Notes: generated from the sequence alone by a model not told the origin. Numbered from the stretch's first letter, positions 1-8,837 are shown. The stretch: DNA of 44,903 nt from Candidatus Daviesbacteria bacterium (GCA_030648645.1 JAUSHL010000023.1:1-44903), one strand, 5' to 3'. Program-made: numbers and translations.

Positions 1-83
1 CCAGCTGGCGGAGAGCGTGGCAATCTCTTAAATAGATAAGATTGCTTCGTCGGGTCGAAAAATCGACCCTCCTCGCAATGACA
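1..83. mobile_element. Partial palindromic miniature element, TGTCATTGCGA...TCGCAATGACA family (left end outside window)
   Basis: Ends in CCTCGCAATGACA with internal GGCAATCT...AGATTGCT and GGGTCGA-AAAA-TCGACCC hairpins; same architecture as 16708-16799 and 34384-34504. Confidence 0.75.
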
Positions 84-151
84 GAATTTTGTATCATCTG
101 AGACTTCGTTTATGTGTATCTTTTTAGATTTCGTGTAACAATTTTGATGGG

Positions 152-181
152 TTGACAATTTGTTTTGGGTATGACTATCAT
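152..181 (+). promoter_or_regulatory. Putative sigma70 promoter of the pilin operon
   Basis: TTGACA (152-157), 18-nt spacer, TATCAT (176-181), 9 nt before ATG at 191. Confidence 0.5.
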
Positions 182-190
182 TAGAAAGAT

Positions 191-772
191 ATGAAAAACC
201 TGCCCACTTCGACTACGCTCAGTGTAAACACTCAAAAATCCTCAAAAGGTTTTACTTTAATAAGTCTACTTTTGTTTCGCAAAAGATCTTGTAAGGGTTT
301 CACCCTTATTGAACTTTTAGTGGCAATTTCTATTGTGGCAATACTAAGCACAATTGGTATGGTTGTTTATGGTGGGGTGCAGGCCAGAAGCAGAGATGCT
401 AAAAGAAGTGGAGATTTAACAGCAATTGCTGATGCTTTGGAAGGTAATAAACAGGCAGGAAGTATTTTTTATACCGCTTTAGCCGGTGCTAATTTTGCCG
501 GAGGGTCTATACCGTCTGATCCCCGTTCTCCTTTAACTCAAAAATATTGTATGTGGGGTGAAACTGATGTTCCTCCGGTTCCCGGTATTGCAAAACCTAC
601 TTCAGCTAATGTTAACTGGACAACTTGTGCAATTACGGGCTCATCACCTGAGTATACTGCTGTAATTGGTGATGGGGTACCGGTAACTGCAACAAAAGTC
701 ACTTCATTTACAATTTGTGCAAAACTTGAAGCAGTAACTGGAGGAGTTGAGTGCAGATCATCCAGATTATAA
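191..772 (+). CDS. Type IV pilin / GspG-like prepilin
   Basis: GFTLIELLVAISIVAIL N-methylation motif, RDAKR helix, Cys-containing C-terminus; leader carries an extra GFTLI. Confidence 0.9.
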   Translation: MKNLPTSTTLSVNTQKSSKGFTLISLLLFRKRSCKGFTLIELLVAISIVAILSTIGMVVYGGVQARSRDAKRSGDLTAIADALEGNKQAGSIFYTALAGANFAGGSIPSDPRSPLTQKYCMWGETDVPPVPGIAKPTSANVNWTTCAITGSSPEYTAVIGDGVPVTATKVTSFTICAKLEAVTGGVECRSSRL

Positions 773-776
773 AAAT

Positions 777-1223
777 ATGAGAAAAAGTAAAGGTTTTACC
801 CGAACAAATTTTAGAAATATTAAGAAAAATTTGCGCGGGTTTACCCTTATAGAATTATTAGTCGCAATCAGTATAGTTGCAGTGTTGGCAACTATTGGTT
901 TTACTCTTTTCCAAGGTGCTCAGGCTACAGCCAGAGATGGTAAAAGAAGAGCTGATGTTCAGTCTATGGCGACTGCCTTAGAGACTCATTTTGATGCTGT
1001 GACAGGGATTTATGCTCCATTAGTTGCTACATGGTTTTCTGATAAAATTGTTCCGGTTGATCCTCTAAATGCCAGTGGATATGTTTATTCAATAGTTATT
1101 CCTGAAGGAAGTGCTACTTATGTAGCCTGTGCTAAATTGGAAAAAGGTGGAGGGAACTTTACTGATGCCGGTACTACCCCAGGCTCCGGAGATTATTATT
1201 GCAAACTCAACCAACAACAATAA
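777..1223 (+). CDS. Type IV pilin / GspG-like prepilin
   Basis: GFTLIELLVAISIVAVL, ARDGKRRAD, PVDP, CAKLE; ATG at 777 chosen (MRKSKG). Confidence 0.9.
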   Translation: MRKSKGFTRTNFRNIKKNLRGFTLIELLVAISIVAVLATIGFTLFQGAQATARDGKRRADVQSMATALETHFDAVTGIYAPLVATWFSDKIVPVDPLNASGYVYSIVIPEGSATYVACAKLEKGGGNFTDAGTTPGSGDYYCKLNQQQ

Positions 1224-1225
1224 AA

Positions 1226-1738
1226 ATGAAAAGATTATCCGCAGGTTTTACACTCGTTGAACTTATGGTTGTGATCTCCATCATCGCCATTTTAGCAAGT
1301 GTTTCTATAGTTCTTTTTACTTCTTCTCAAGCTAGTGCGAGGGATGCTAAAAGAAGAATTGAACTTTCTGCATTGGCAAAATCAATTGAAGCTTCAAGAG
1401 ATATGGGAAATGGTAGTTATTACTATGAAAGTACAAGAATGAATGCAGATTTCCCTACTATTGGATTGTATAATGATCCCAAAGGTCATGCTTATTGTAT
1501 ATACACATCTACTTCTGTAGGTGCACCAGGAGCTATGACCTCAGCCCAAAATAATAATTCAGTGAGTTGTAATGTTAATAATGGTAATTATATAGATTTG
1601 ACTACTTCAGTGAATCCTAGTCCACCTACAACTGCTAACAGATTAGGCAATAATATTTTTGATGTAAAAGGATGGACTTTGTGTGCATTAATGGAAAGAG
1701 GAACTGCTCCTTTTTGTATATCTAGTATTGCTAGGTAA
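1226..1738 (+). CDS. Type IV pilin / GspG-like prepilin
   Basis: GFTLVELMVVISIIAIL, ARDAKRR; start at ATG 1226. Confidence 0.9.
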   Translation: MKRLSAGFTLVELMVVISIIAILASVSIVLFTSSQASARDAKRRIELSALAKSIEASRDMGNGSYYYESTRMNADFPTIGLYNDPKGHAYCIYTSTSVGAPGAMTSAQNNNSVSCNVNNGNYIDLTTSVNPSPPTTANRLGNNIFDVKGWTLCALMERGTAPFCISSIAR

Positions 1739-1761
1739 TTTTGTTTGATTCCTTACATTTT

Positions 1762-2253
1762 ATGAAAAGTCTCGAACAATTTACTCAAGGTTTCACCATT
1801 ATTGAATTATTAATATCAATATCAATAATTGCAATATTGGCCACAATTGCTTCTGTTCTTTATATTAGTACTCAAGCAACCGCTCGGGATTCCCGCCGAA
1901 TTACTGAAATAATTAATATTTCTCAAGCGATTGAGTTTAACCGTGATGTAAATTCTAAATTTTATACTTATAATACAACTTCTGCTAATAGAGATTTTGT
2001 TGGTGGATTACCTCAAGATCCTTTAGATAATAGAAAATATTGTGTTAGTCTTAACAGTAGTAACTCTACACCTCCCAATGCATGTGATATTAATTGGCAA
2101 ACTAATTGTTTAAACTCATGCAATGGGGCAAATTACATAACTTTGGATGATGCCTTAACTATTCTTGCTACGAATTCAATTCAGAGTTGGACTATTTGTA
2201 CCTCTATGGAAAGAGCAAATAAACCTTTTTGTAGACAGAATATTCATCGTTAA
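1762..2253 (+). CDS. Type IV pilin / GspG-like prepilin (paralogue of preceding gene)
   Basis: GFTIIELLISISIIAIL; C-terminal WTICTSMER..PFC resembles WTLCALMER..PFC of the previous gene. Confidence 0.9.
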   Translation: MKSLEQFTQGFTIIELLISISIIAILATIASVLYISTQATARDSRRITEIINISQAIEFNRDVNSKFYTYNTTSANRDFVGGLPQDPLDNRKYCVSLNSSNSTPPNACDINWQTNCLNSCNGANYITLDDALTILATNSIQSWTICTSMERANKPFCRQNIHR

Positions 2254-2277
2254 TTAGATATATGATAGACTGGATAT

Positions 2278-2805
2278 ATGAAGAATAATAAGCATAACAT
2301 GCGTGGGTTTACCCGAACAAATTTTAATAATTTTAAACAAAATTTGAACGGGTTTACCTTAGTTGAACTTTTAGTGGTTATTGCCATTATTGCTATATTA
2401 GTTTCAATTTCTATTGGTGTTTTTGCCGGTTTACAAAAAAGTGGCAGGGATGCTAAAAGAAAATCTGATTTGGCTACCATTCAATCAGCCCTTGAACAAT
2501 ATCATGCTGATCAAAATGTATATCCTGCAAATGTCGTTACAGCGGGTACTTCTCTAACAAACCGAATGGGAATTAATCCTACTCCTGTAACTACCAAAAC
2601 ATATTTGGCAACAATGCCCAAAGAAGTTAACCCCACTCCTTATGTATATGAAAAAAATCCTACATCTTGTGATAATACAATGAGTGATTCTTCTAAATAT
2701 TGTACTAAGTATTGCCTCTATGCCACATTAGAAAATCCGGGACCTACTCCTGTTGCCCCATGTAATACTGCAGGTTCAGGAAATTATTCAGTCTCAGCAC
2801 CATGA
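2278..2805 (+). CDS. Type IV pilin / GspG-like prepilin
   Basis: GFTLVELLVVIAIIAIL, RDAKRKSDL..IQSALEQY..D...YP. Confidence 0.9.
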   Translation: MKNNKHNMRGFTRTNFNNFKQNLNGFTLVELLVVIAIIAILVSISIGVFAGLQKSGRDAKRKSDLATIQSALEQYHADQNVYPANVVTAGTSLTNRMGINPTPVTTKTYLATMPKEVNPTPYVYEKNPTSCDNTMSDSSKYCTKYCLYATLENPGPTPVAPCNTAGSGNYSVSAP

Positions 2806-3227
2806 ATAAAAGAGGCTTTACTTTGATTGAGATATTAGTTGTAATTTCTATTATTGCTATTTTAGGGGCAGTGAGTTTTGGTATTTTTAGTACTCTGCAA
2901 AAAAATAACCGTGATCAGATAAGAATCAGAGATTTACAGGGTATTAAACAGGCTTTGGAACTTTATAGGAGTGATAATGGCAATTACCCTGATGATGTTC
3001 TGCCTACTGGCTCTCCTGATTATATTCCAGATGATATTATAACTGAATACCTAAATGTTTGGCCCTCAGATCCTGTAAGTGGTCAATTTTATGCCTATGC
3101 TAAAACTGCCACAGGATTTGTTGTTTGTGCTAAAAAAGAAGGGAATATTACTATTTCTCCCCCACCAGAGTGTACCATGAACTGTAAAACAGGAGTACAG
3201 TGTGATTTGGGCTTCCAGTCAGACTGA
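2802..3227 (+). CDS. Type IV pilin / GspG-like prepilin
   Basis: KRGFTLIEILVVISIIAIL, RDQIRIRDL..IKQALELY, PSDP. Confidence 0.9.
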   Translation: MNKRGFTLIEILVVISIIAILGAVSFGIFSTLQKNNRDQIRIRDLQGIKQALELYRSDNGNYPDDVLPTGSPDYIPDDIITEYLNVWPSDPVSGQFYAYAKTATGFVVCAKKEGNITISPPPECTMNCKTGVQCDLGFQSD

Positions 3228-3266
3228 TCAGTTGCAAAATAGGATCAAAATTAGTATGGTTAAGGT

Positions 3267-3899
3267 ATGTCAAAGAACTTCTCACTTCGTTCGAAGAATA
3301 AGCAAAGCTTGAACTTCTCACTTCGTTCGAAGAATAAGCAAAGCTTGCGACCTAATGGTCTTAAGGGTTTCACCCTTATAGAGCTTTTAGTAGTAATAGC
3401 GATAATTGGTACATTGGTTGCTGTTTTACTTCCCCAATTAAGTAATTTTAACCGTGAACAGGTATTAAAAAATTCAGCTTCTGATCTTAGATCCAATATC
3501 AGAAAAACTCAAAACAATGCCAGTAGTGGATTGAATTGTAATAGTGATGGACTTTCTACTTCGAAATGGACGATTAAATTTACCAAGTTTTCTTCTGATT
3601 ACATTATCACTGCCACCTGTTCTGATGGTAGCCAAATTCCCGTGTCTTACTTTTTGCCTGCAGGAATCACAATTAGTAGAATTCAATTGGATAGTTGTAT
3701 ATTAGGCAATTTTAGTCCTCGTATTCCTGGTGTTGCTAAAGTGATTTTTAGTAATATCTCTTCTGCAATAAGTTATGATGTTGATGGATCGTTGGGATGT
3801 ATGCCTATAAATAATAAAGCACTTACAACCACCTTAAAAGACGAAAATACTAATACCACGAAAGATGTGGTAATTGAGAAAGGTGGAAATGTTTACTAG
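3267..3899 (+). CDS. Minor pilin, FimT/GspH-like
   Basis: GFTLIELLVVIAII, L..SASDLRSNIRKTQ..A, C-terminal IEKGG. Confidence 0.8.
   Translation: MSKNFSLRSKNKQSLNFSLRSKNKQSLRPNGLKGFTLIELLVVIAIIGTLVAVLLPQLSNFNREQVLKNSASDLRSNIRKTQNNASSGLNCNSDGLSTSKWTIKFTKFSSDYIITATCSDGSQIPVSYFLPAGITISRIQLDSCILGNFSPRIPGVAKVIFSNISSAISYDVDGSLGCMPINNKALTTTLKDENTNTTKDVVIEKGGNVY
3275..3346. repeat. Perfect 36-bp tandem duplication in pilin leader
   Basis: GAACTTCTCACTTCGTTCGAAGAATAAGCAAAGCTT at 3275-3310 and 3311-3346. Confidence 0.95.
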
Positions 3900-4428
3900 A
3901 CAAAAAGGCCCTGCCTGCCGGCAGGCAGGACAAAGTTTAATTGAGGTTTTAATTGCTTTAACTGTTACTGTGGTTATGATTGTTGCTTTAATTGCCTTTG
4001 TTTTATCCGGTTTAAAAAATGCTCAGTTTGCTCAAAAACAATCAAAAGCTACTAAACTTGCGGTTGAAACTATGGAACAAATTAAAACTATTAGGGATAG
4101 AAATGGAGCAATATATTTTTCTTATAAAGATGTAACGGTTCCTAAAACAGCAACAATATTTCCTGAACTTTGGCAAATCAGTATGTCCGGTCAGGATTCA
4201 TGTATAAGTAGTAAATGTTATTTTAATATCCAATCAAATACTTTAATTGAAGGAAGTGGGGCTTCAGCAATAAATATAGGTGATGGGTTTACAAGACAAA
4301 TTATTTTTGAGGATAATTCTCCTCTCGTTTATTCCAAAGAAAAAAGAGTCACAGTAAATATTTTTTGGACAGATTCAAGCGGTGATCATAATTCAAATAT
4401 TCAGACAATATTAAGTCCGGCTATATGA
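3889..4428 (+). CDS. Minor pilin, PilV/GspI-like
   Basis: GQSLIEVLIAL, A..LA.E.ME.I, FTRQI, KRVTV.I.W; ATG 3889 follows AGGTGG. Confidence 0.8.
   Translation: MFTRQKGPACRQAGQSLIEVLIALTVTVVMIVALIAFVLSGLKNAQFAQKQSKATKLAVETMEQIKTIRDRNGAIYFSYKDVTVPKTATIFPELWQISMSGQDSCISSKCYFNIQSNTLIEGSGASAINIGDGFTRQIIFEDNSPLVYSKEKRVTVNIFWTDSSGDHNSNIQTILSPAI
3910..3929. repeat. Perfect 20-bp GC-rich palindrome CCTGCCTGCCGGCAGGCAGG in pilin leader
   Basis: Self-complementary; encodes PACRQAG immediately before G|QSLIE. Confidence 0.9.
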
Positions 4429-5087
4429 AAAACACAAAGGGATTCACCCTTATTGAAATCTTGGTAGTAATAGTTTTATTAGGTATTTTGGGTGTTATTT
4501 TAACTAATATTTTATCACAAGTACTTCGGGGACAAAATAAAATTAATACGGTAAATTTAGTCAAACAAAACGGTCAGGTAATTTTGGATCAACTTTCTCA
4601 TGAAATCAGATCTGCTGAAAAAGTTATTTGCATAGGTCAAGCTACTACTTATTTAAGATCTTCTATTTCGAGTTATCCCAGTGGAACGATTGTGATTTTT
4701 AGAAATGGTAATTTTATTCGTTTCAGATTGATTCCACCTTGGCCCGTTGCTAATCCAACCACTAATGGATTTATTCAAAAAGAAATTTTTACAATCGATG
4801 ATATTCCAGATGCAACAACAGATGAGATGCTTTGTACTGAATCAATGGAGTACACTAGAGGACAGCAAAGTTTTTTTACGAATAACATTAATAGCATTTC
4901 CTTAAATTATGATGGTTCTAATCCAATTTTTAGTTTTGATACACTAACACCTCAACCAGGTTTGCCTAATCTTGTTTTAATTAGATTTAGAGGTTTTCAG
5001 GATGTAAAATCTAAAACTGCTGAATCAACAGTATCTGATGAAGGTGTTTTATTTTCGACAGCAGTATCTGTGAGAGGAGGGAAATAA
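4425..5087 (+). CDS. Minor pilin, PilW/GspJ-like
   Basis: GFTLIEILVVIVLL, L..EIRSA, C-terminal FSTAVSVR. Confidence 0.8.
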   Translation: MKNTKGFTLIEILVVIVLLGILGVILTNILSQVLRGQNKINTVNLVKQNGQVILDQLSHEIRSAEKVICIGQATTYLRSSISSYPSGTIVIFRNGNFIRFRLIPPWPVANPTTNGFIQKEIFTIDDIPDATTDEMLCTESMEYTRGQQSFFTNNINSISLNYDGSNPIFSFDTLTPQPGLPNLVLIRFRGFQDVKSKTAESTVSDEGVLFSTAVSVRGGK

Positions 5088-5090
5088 ATT

Positions 5091-6050
5091 ATGAATCATG
5101 AATTAAGAATAAGCAAAGCTTGCGATCTGACGATCTTTAAGAATCAAGCGGGACAGGTGGTTATTATTTTGCTTTTGGTAATGGTGGTGTCTTTGGCAAT
5201 TGGTTTATCAGTAGTGGGAAGAAGTATGACAGAAATTTCTACTGCCACTAATTCTGAAAATTCTTCCCGGGCTTTTTCAGCAGCTGAAGCAGGAATAGAA
5301 AATATTTTATACGACAGTTCTTTACCGGGCTTTGTTAATTATGCAGGTAATCGAAGTATTGATAATACAAAATTAACTAATGATTCTGCAGCTCAAATTA
5401 ATTGGGATACAAAAATGCCACCCACAGGAACACCAAATGGTGTGGCTTTAGAGTATCCGCCTTTTGGGAAAGAATCATTTGCCCAATTTTGGCTGGCTAA
5501 TCCTTGTAGTAATCCTCCTACATGTAGTAATCCTCCTGCAAGGTTTTATACTAAAACCAATTTTGATCTATATTTTGGAGATCCAACTTATCAATATACT
5601 GGTAATACTGATCCTAATTATCCGGCAGTAGAGGTTAAAGTTATTAATTCAGATAATACCAGTATTTTAAAAGTTTTTGATGCTTCGCCAGTTAATACAA
5701 CTCGTTCAGGTTTTTCGGGTTGTGCTGGAAGAGATCAAACAATAAAAACAAACAATAGTTCCACTGCCTCAAGCAAATTTCTCTGTAAAGTAAATGTGTC
5801 CGGCTATTCGAATTCAGCTTCTTCTTATCCGGTTATGGTCAGGGTAAGAATACTTTTTACCAGTCTTCCTCATCCTGTGGCTTTACAGCCATTATCAGAT
5901 AATTTACCCTATCAGGCTAAAATTTTTAATTCAAAAGGCATGTCCGGTAATGTCCAAAGAAATATGAAAGTTTTTCAGGAGATATTTGTGATGCCTCATA
6001 TTTTTGATTATGCTATCTTTTCTTTGGGTGAATTAAATAAATCACCATGA
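5091..6050 (+). CDS. PilX/GspK-like minor pilin
   Basis: GQVVIILLLVM without E+5, RAFSAAEAGIE PilX N-terminal motif, FDYAIFS. Confidence 0.8.
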   Translation: MNHELRISKACDLTIFKNQAGQVVIILLLVMVVSLAIGLSVVGRSMTEISTATNSENSSRAFSAAEAGIENILYDSSLPGFVNYAGNRSIDNTKLTNDSAAQINWDTKMPPTGTPNGVALEYPPFGKESFAQFWLANPCSNPPTCSNPPARFYTKTNFDLYFGDPTYQYTGNTDPNYPAVEVKVINSDNTSILKVFDASPVNTTRSGFSGCAGRDQTIKTNNSSTASSKFLCKVNVSGYSNSASSYPVMVRVRILFTSLPHPVALQPLSDNLPYQAKIFNSKGMSGNVQRNMKVFQEIFVMPHIFDYAIFSLGELNKSP

Positions 6051-6451
6051 GTATAAAAGAAAAAGGAATATCTTTAATAGAAATTATTTTAGTTGCAGCG
6101 GTAGTAATGGTTTTGACTTTACTTTTAGGAACAGTACCTTCTGCTATGTCTTCAATCAATAAAAGCCGTCATAACTCTATTGCCAGAGAAATAGCTGCTA
6201 AACAAATTGAATATCTTAAAAGACAGCCGTATATTAACCTTGCAGAAGGAGTAAATTCTTTTGCTGATATCAATTTAGATAAACTTTCAGGAAGCAGTTC
6301 TTCTTATGAAATAAAAGCTTGTTCTGCCAGTGTTTGTACCAATGGGGAAGATGTTAAAGAAGTAAAAGTGTCTGTTTTCTGGAATGAAGTTAAAGAACCA
6401 TCAAAAGTAGAGTTTACTACTTTAATTTATGCCGGAGGGATTGGTCAATGA
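6047..6451 (+). CDS. Minor pilin, PilV/GspI-like (second set)
   Basis: GISLIEIIL, A..IA..QIE.L, KEVKVSVFW, TTLI. Confidence 0.8.
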   Translation: MSIKEKGISLIEIILVAAVVMVLTLLLGTVPSAMSSINKSRHNSIAREIAAKQIEYLKRQPYINLAEGVNSFADINLDKLSGSSSSYEIKACSASVCTNGEDVKEVKVSVFWNEVKEPSKVEFTTLIYAGGIGQ

Positions 6452-7041
6452 AAATTTTTCGTCATGGTTTTACCCGAACAAATTTTGCAAAGCAAAATTT
6501 GAACGGGTTTACTTTAGTTGAGATATTGATTGCCATAGCAGTTGCCTCCATTGTTGGGTTGTTTTTGATGAGTATTTTGATTAATAATAATGGGGTATTT
6601 TATAAACAAAGCTCTTTGGTAAATACAGGTTTGAGTTCCAATGATGTAATGAGTGAAATTGATAAAAATATTCGTCAGGCCACTAATGTTGTAGATACTT
6701 CCGATTCCAACACAATGATTTTAAAATTACCTGCTTTAGGAGAAAATGGAATGATAGATAATGTTTATGATTTTGTAATTATTGCTAAAGATGCCAATAA
6801 AAATAACATCTTAAGAAAGAAAGTTTTGCCTGATTCTTTAAGTATTAGAAAATCTGAAGATTTAGTGATGACAACTATTTTAAATTCAATAAATTTTATT
6901 TATCTTGATAAATCTGGATCTATTGTTAATCCTCAATCTGCTACTTCAGTCAAAACATTGCTTGTAGTCAAGTCTAGTTTTGGTGCAACAACTTCCAGTG
7001 GATCATCATCAGCAATTACTACTTTAAAAAATGCTTTATGA
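6448..7041 (+). CDS. Minor pilin, PilW/GspJ-like (second set)
   Basis: GFTLVEILIAIAV, I.KNIRQA, C-terminal TLKN. Confidence 0.8.
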   Translation: MKIFRHGFTRTNFAKQNLNGFTLVEILIAIAVASIVGLFLMSILINNNGVFYKQSSLVNTGLSSNDVMSEIDKNIRQATNVVDTSDSNTMILKLPALGENGMIDNVYDFVIIAKDANKNNILRKKVLPDSLSIRKSEDLVMTTILNSINFIYLDKSGSIVNPQSATSVKTLLVVKSSFGATTSSGSSSAITTLKNAL

Positions 7042-8816
7042 CAATGAATAATCAGACAGGTCAGATGTTAATATTAGCAATTATAGTAGTGGTTCTGGTG
7101 CTCATTAATGTTCTGGCAATTATTAGTGGTGCTCAATTATTTTCTCAAAATACAAATTACACTAATCAGTCTGCTGCAGTACTTAATTTAGCAGAAGCAG
7201 GGATAGATAAAGCATTAGCCTCGTTAAATATCACTGGAGGTAGTTATACCGGTGAAACTGAAACTGTCTTAGGATCAGGTTCTTTTTCAGTGAGCATTAC
7301 CAGTTCGACTCCAAATACCAAGATAATTGAATCAACAGGTTATATACCTTCCAAAGAAAACGCTAAAGTTAAAAAAACTGTCAGGATGTCGGTTGCTAAA
7401 GGTGTCGGAGTTGCTTTTAATTATGGGATTCAGGCTGGTGAGGGCGGTCTGCAGATGGAGGAAAACAGCCGTATTAACGGGTCTGTTTATTCAAACGGCA
7501 ATATTAAAATGCAGAATAATTCTGCAATAACAGGTGATGCTTGGGTGGCAGCGGGAATTGAGGGTGTGCCGGCGGTGCAAAATGATTGTTCTACTTCTTG
7601 CGGGGATTTTATTTTCGGTAAGGTGGTTAATGGTCAAGCGCGTTTTGATGTAGCCCAGAGTTTTTTTCTAAGTTCTGTAAGTAGCGTCAATAAAGTGGCT
7701 ATTAAGCTTAAGAAAATCAATAACCCGGCAGACATAACAGTAAGAATCCTTGGTAACAGCAGCAGGGAAGGTCGTTTTAACAGGCCAAATAGACAACAGG
7801 TTTTTGCTACAGGGATTTTGTATTCCGGCTTAGTAACTTCCTCCTATAGTTTTGTGGAGGTTGCGTTCCCAAACCCCCCGCAGTTATCAGCGAATGAGCG
7901 TTACTGGTTATTACTGGATACGACTGGCAACTCTGATTACTGGTCTTGGTCTAATGGTTTCGAAGCGCCGAATGAAGAAGCCAAGTATACTCATGATTGG
8001 TACACTATAAAGCCCGAAGACTGGAAAGGGCTCAGCGGTCATTTGGATCTTAAGGTTTATGTGGGTGGAGTTGCCAGTTCGATTGAAGGCTTATCAGGCG
8101 CTAATATTGGTGGTGATGCTCATGCTAATACCTTGAAAAACCTGACTATTACCAAAGGAGCTTATTATCAGGTTAAAGAAAATGTAACTGCCGCAAGTTA
8201 TCATCCCAATTCCCCTGATCCGCCGGCTAAAGTTATGCCTATTTCCGAAGGAAATATCGCTGAATGGAAAAGTTCTGCCGAAGCGGCAGGTGTCTATACA
8301 GGGAATATTTCATCGTGCCGGAGTGAACTTGGGCCGGGAAAATATGTAGGTAATATATCATTTTCCAACAACTGTACGGTTACCATAAAAGGTACGGTTT
8401 GGATTATTGGTAATTTAAATCTTGATAATAATGTAACTTTAAAGCTGGATCCGTCGTTTGGGACGGCATCGGGAGTAATTATAGTGGATGGACAAGTGGA
8501 TTTATCAAATAATGTTAAATTGCAGGGGTCAGGAACTGATGGTAGCTTTTTAATGACCCTTTCCACTTATAATTCACAAACTTCCGGTTTACCGGCAATT
8601 GATGTTAAAAATGGCGGCAACAGTGGAATCTTATATGCATCCTCTGGTATCGCTAAGATAGAAAATAATAATCATTTAAATGAACTGACAGCCTGGAAAA
8701 TTGACCTTGAAAATGGGGTTACGGTTGATTATGATTCAGGTTTAGCATCTTCCTTTTTTACAAGCGGACCATCAGGATCATATTCACTAATTAAAGGTAC
8801 TTATCAAATTAAATAA
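7038..8816 (+). CDS. Large PilX-like pilin / putative tip adhesin
   Basis: GQMLILAII, LNLAEAGIDKA, I.STG, INGSVYSNGNI and beta-helix-like repeats, inserted beta-sandwich-like domain (AQSF...YWLLL). Confidence 0.75.
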   Translation: MTMNNQTGQMLILAIIVVVLVLINVLAIISGAQLFSQNTNYTNQSAAVLNLAEAGIDKALASLNITGGSYTGETETVLGSGSFSVSITSSTPNTKIIESTGYIPSKENAKVKKTVRMSVAKGVGVAFNYGIQAGEGGLQMEENSRINGSVYSNGNIKMQNNSAITGDAWVAAGIEGVPAVQNDCSTSCGDFIFGKVVNGQARFDVAQSFFLSSVSSVNKVAIKLKKINNPADITVRILGNSSREGRFNRPNRQQVFATGILYSGLVTSSYSFVEVAFPNPPQLSANERYWLLLDTTGNSDYWSWSNGFEAPNEEAKYTHDWYTIKPEDWKGLSGHLDLKVYVGGVASSIEGLSGANIGGDAHANTLKNLTITKGAYYQVKENVTAASYHPNSPDPPAKVMPISEGNIAEWKSSAEAAGVYTGNISSCRSELGPGKYVGNISFSNNCTVTIKGTVWIIGNLNLDNNVTLKLDPSFGTASGVIIVDGQVDLSNNVKLQGSGTDGSFLMTLSTYNSQTSGLPAIDVKNGGNSGILYASSGIAKIENNNHLNELTAWKIDLENGVTVDYDSGLASSFFTSGPSGSYSLIKGTYQIK

Positions 8817-8837
8817 TAATTATGATACTATAAATAT

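Noticed and set aside
191-3227. Diversity-generating retroelement or silent-cassette pilin variation
   Set aside because: No reverse transcriptase, no near-identical TR/VR pair differing at adenines, and all pilins have intact N-termini.
5505-5537. 15-bp direct repeat TGTAGTAATCCTCCT (18-nt period) in the PilX-like gene
   Set aside because: Simple in-frame duplication (CSNPP twice) with no other copies seen.
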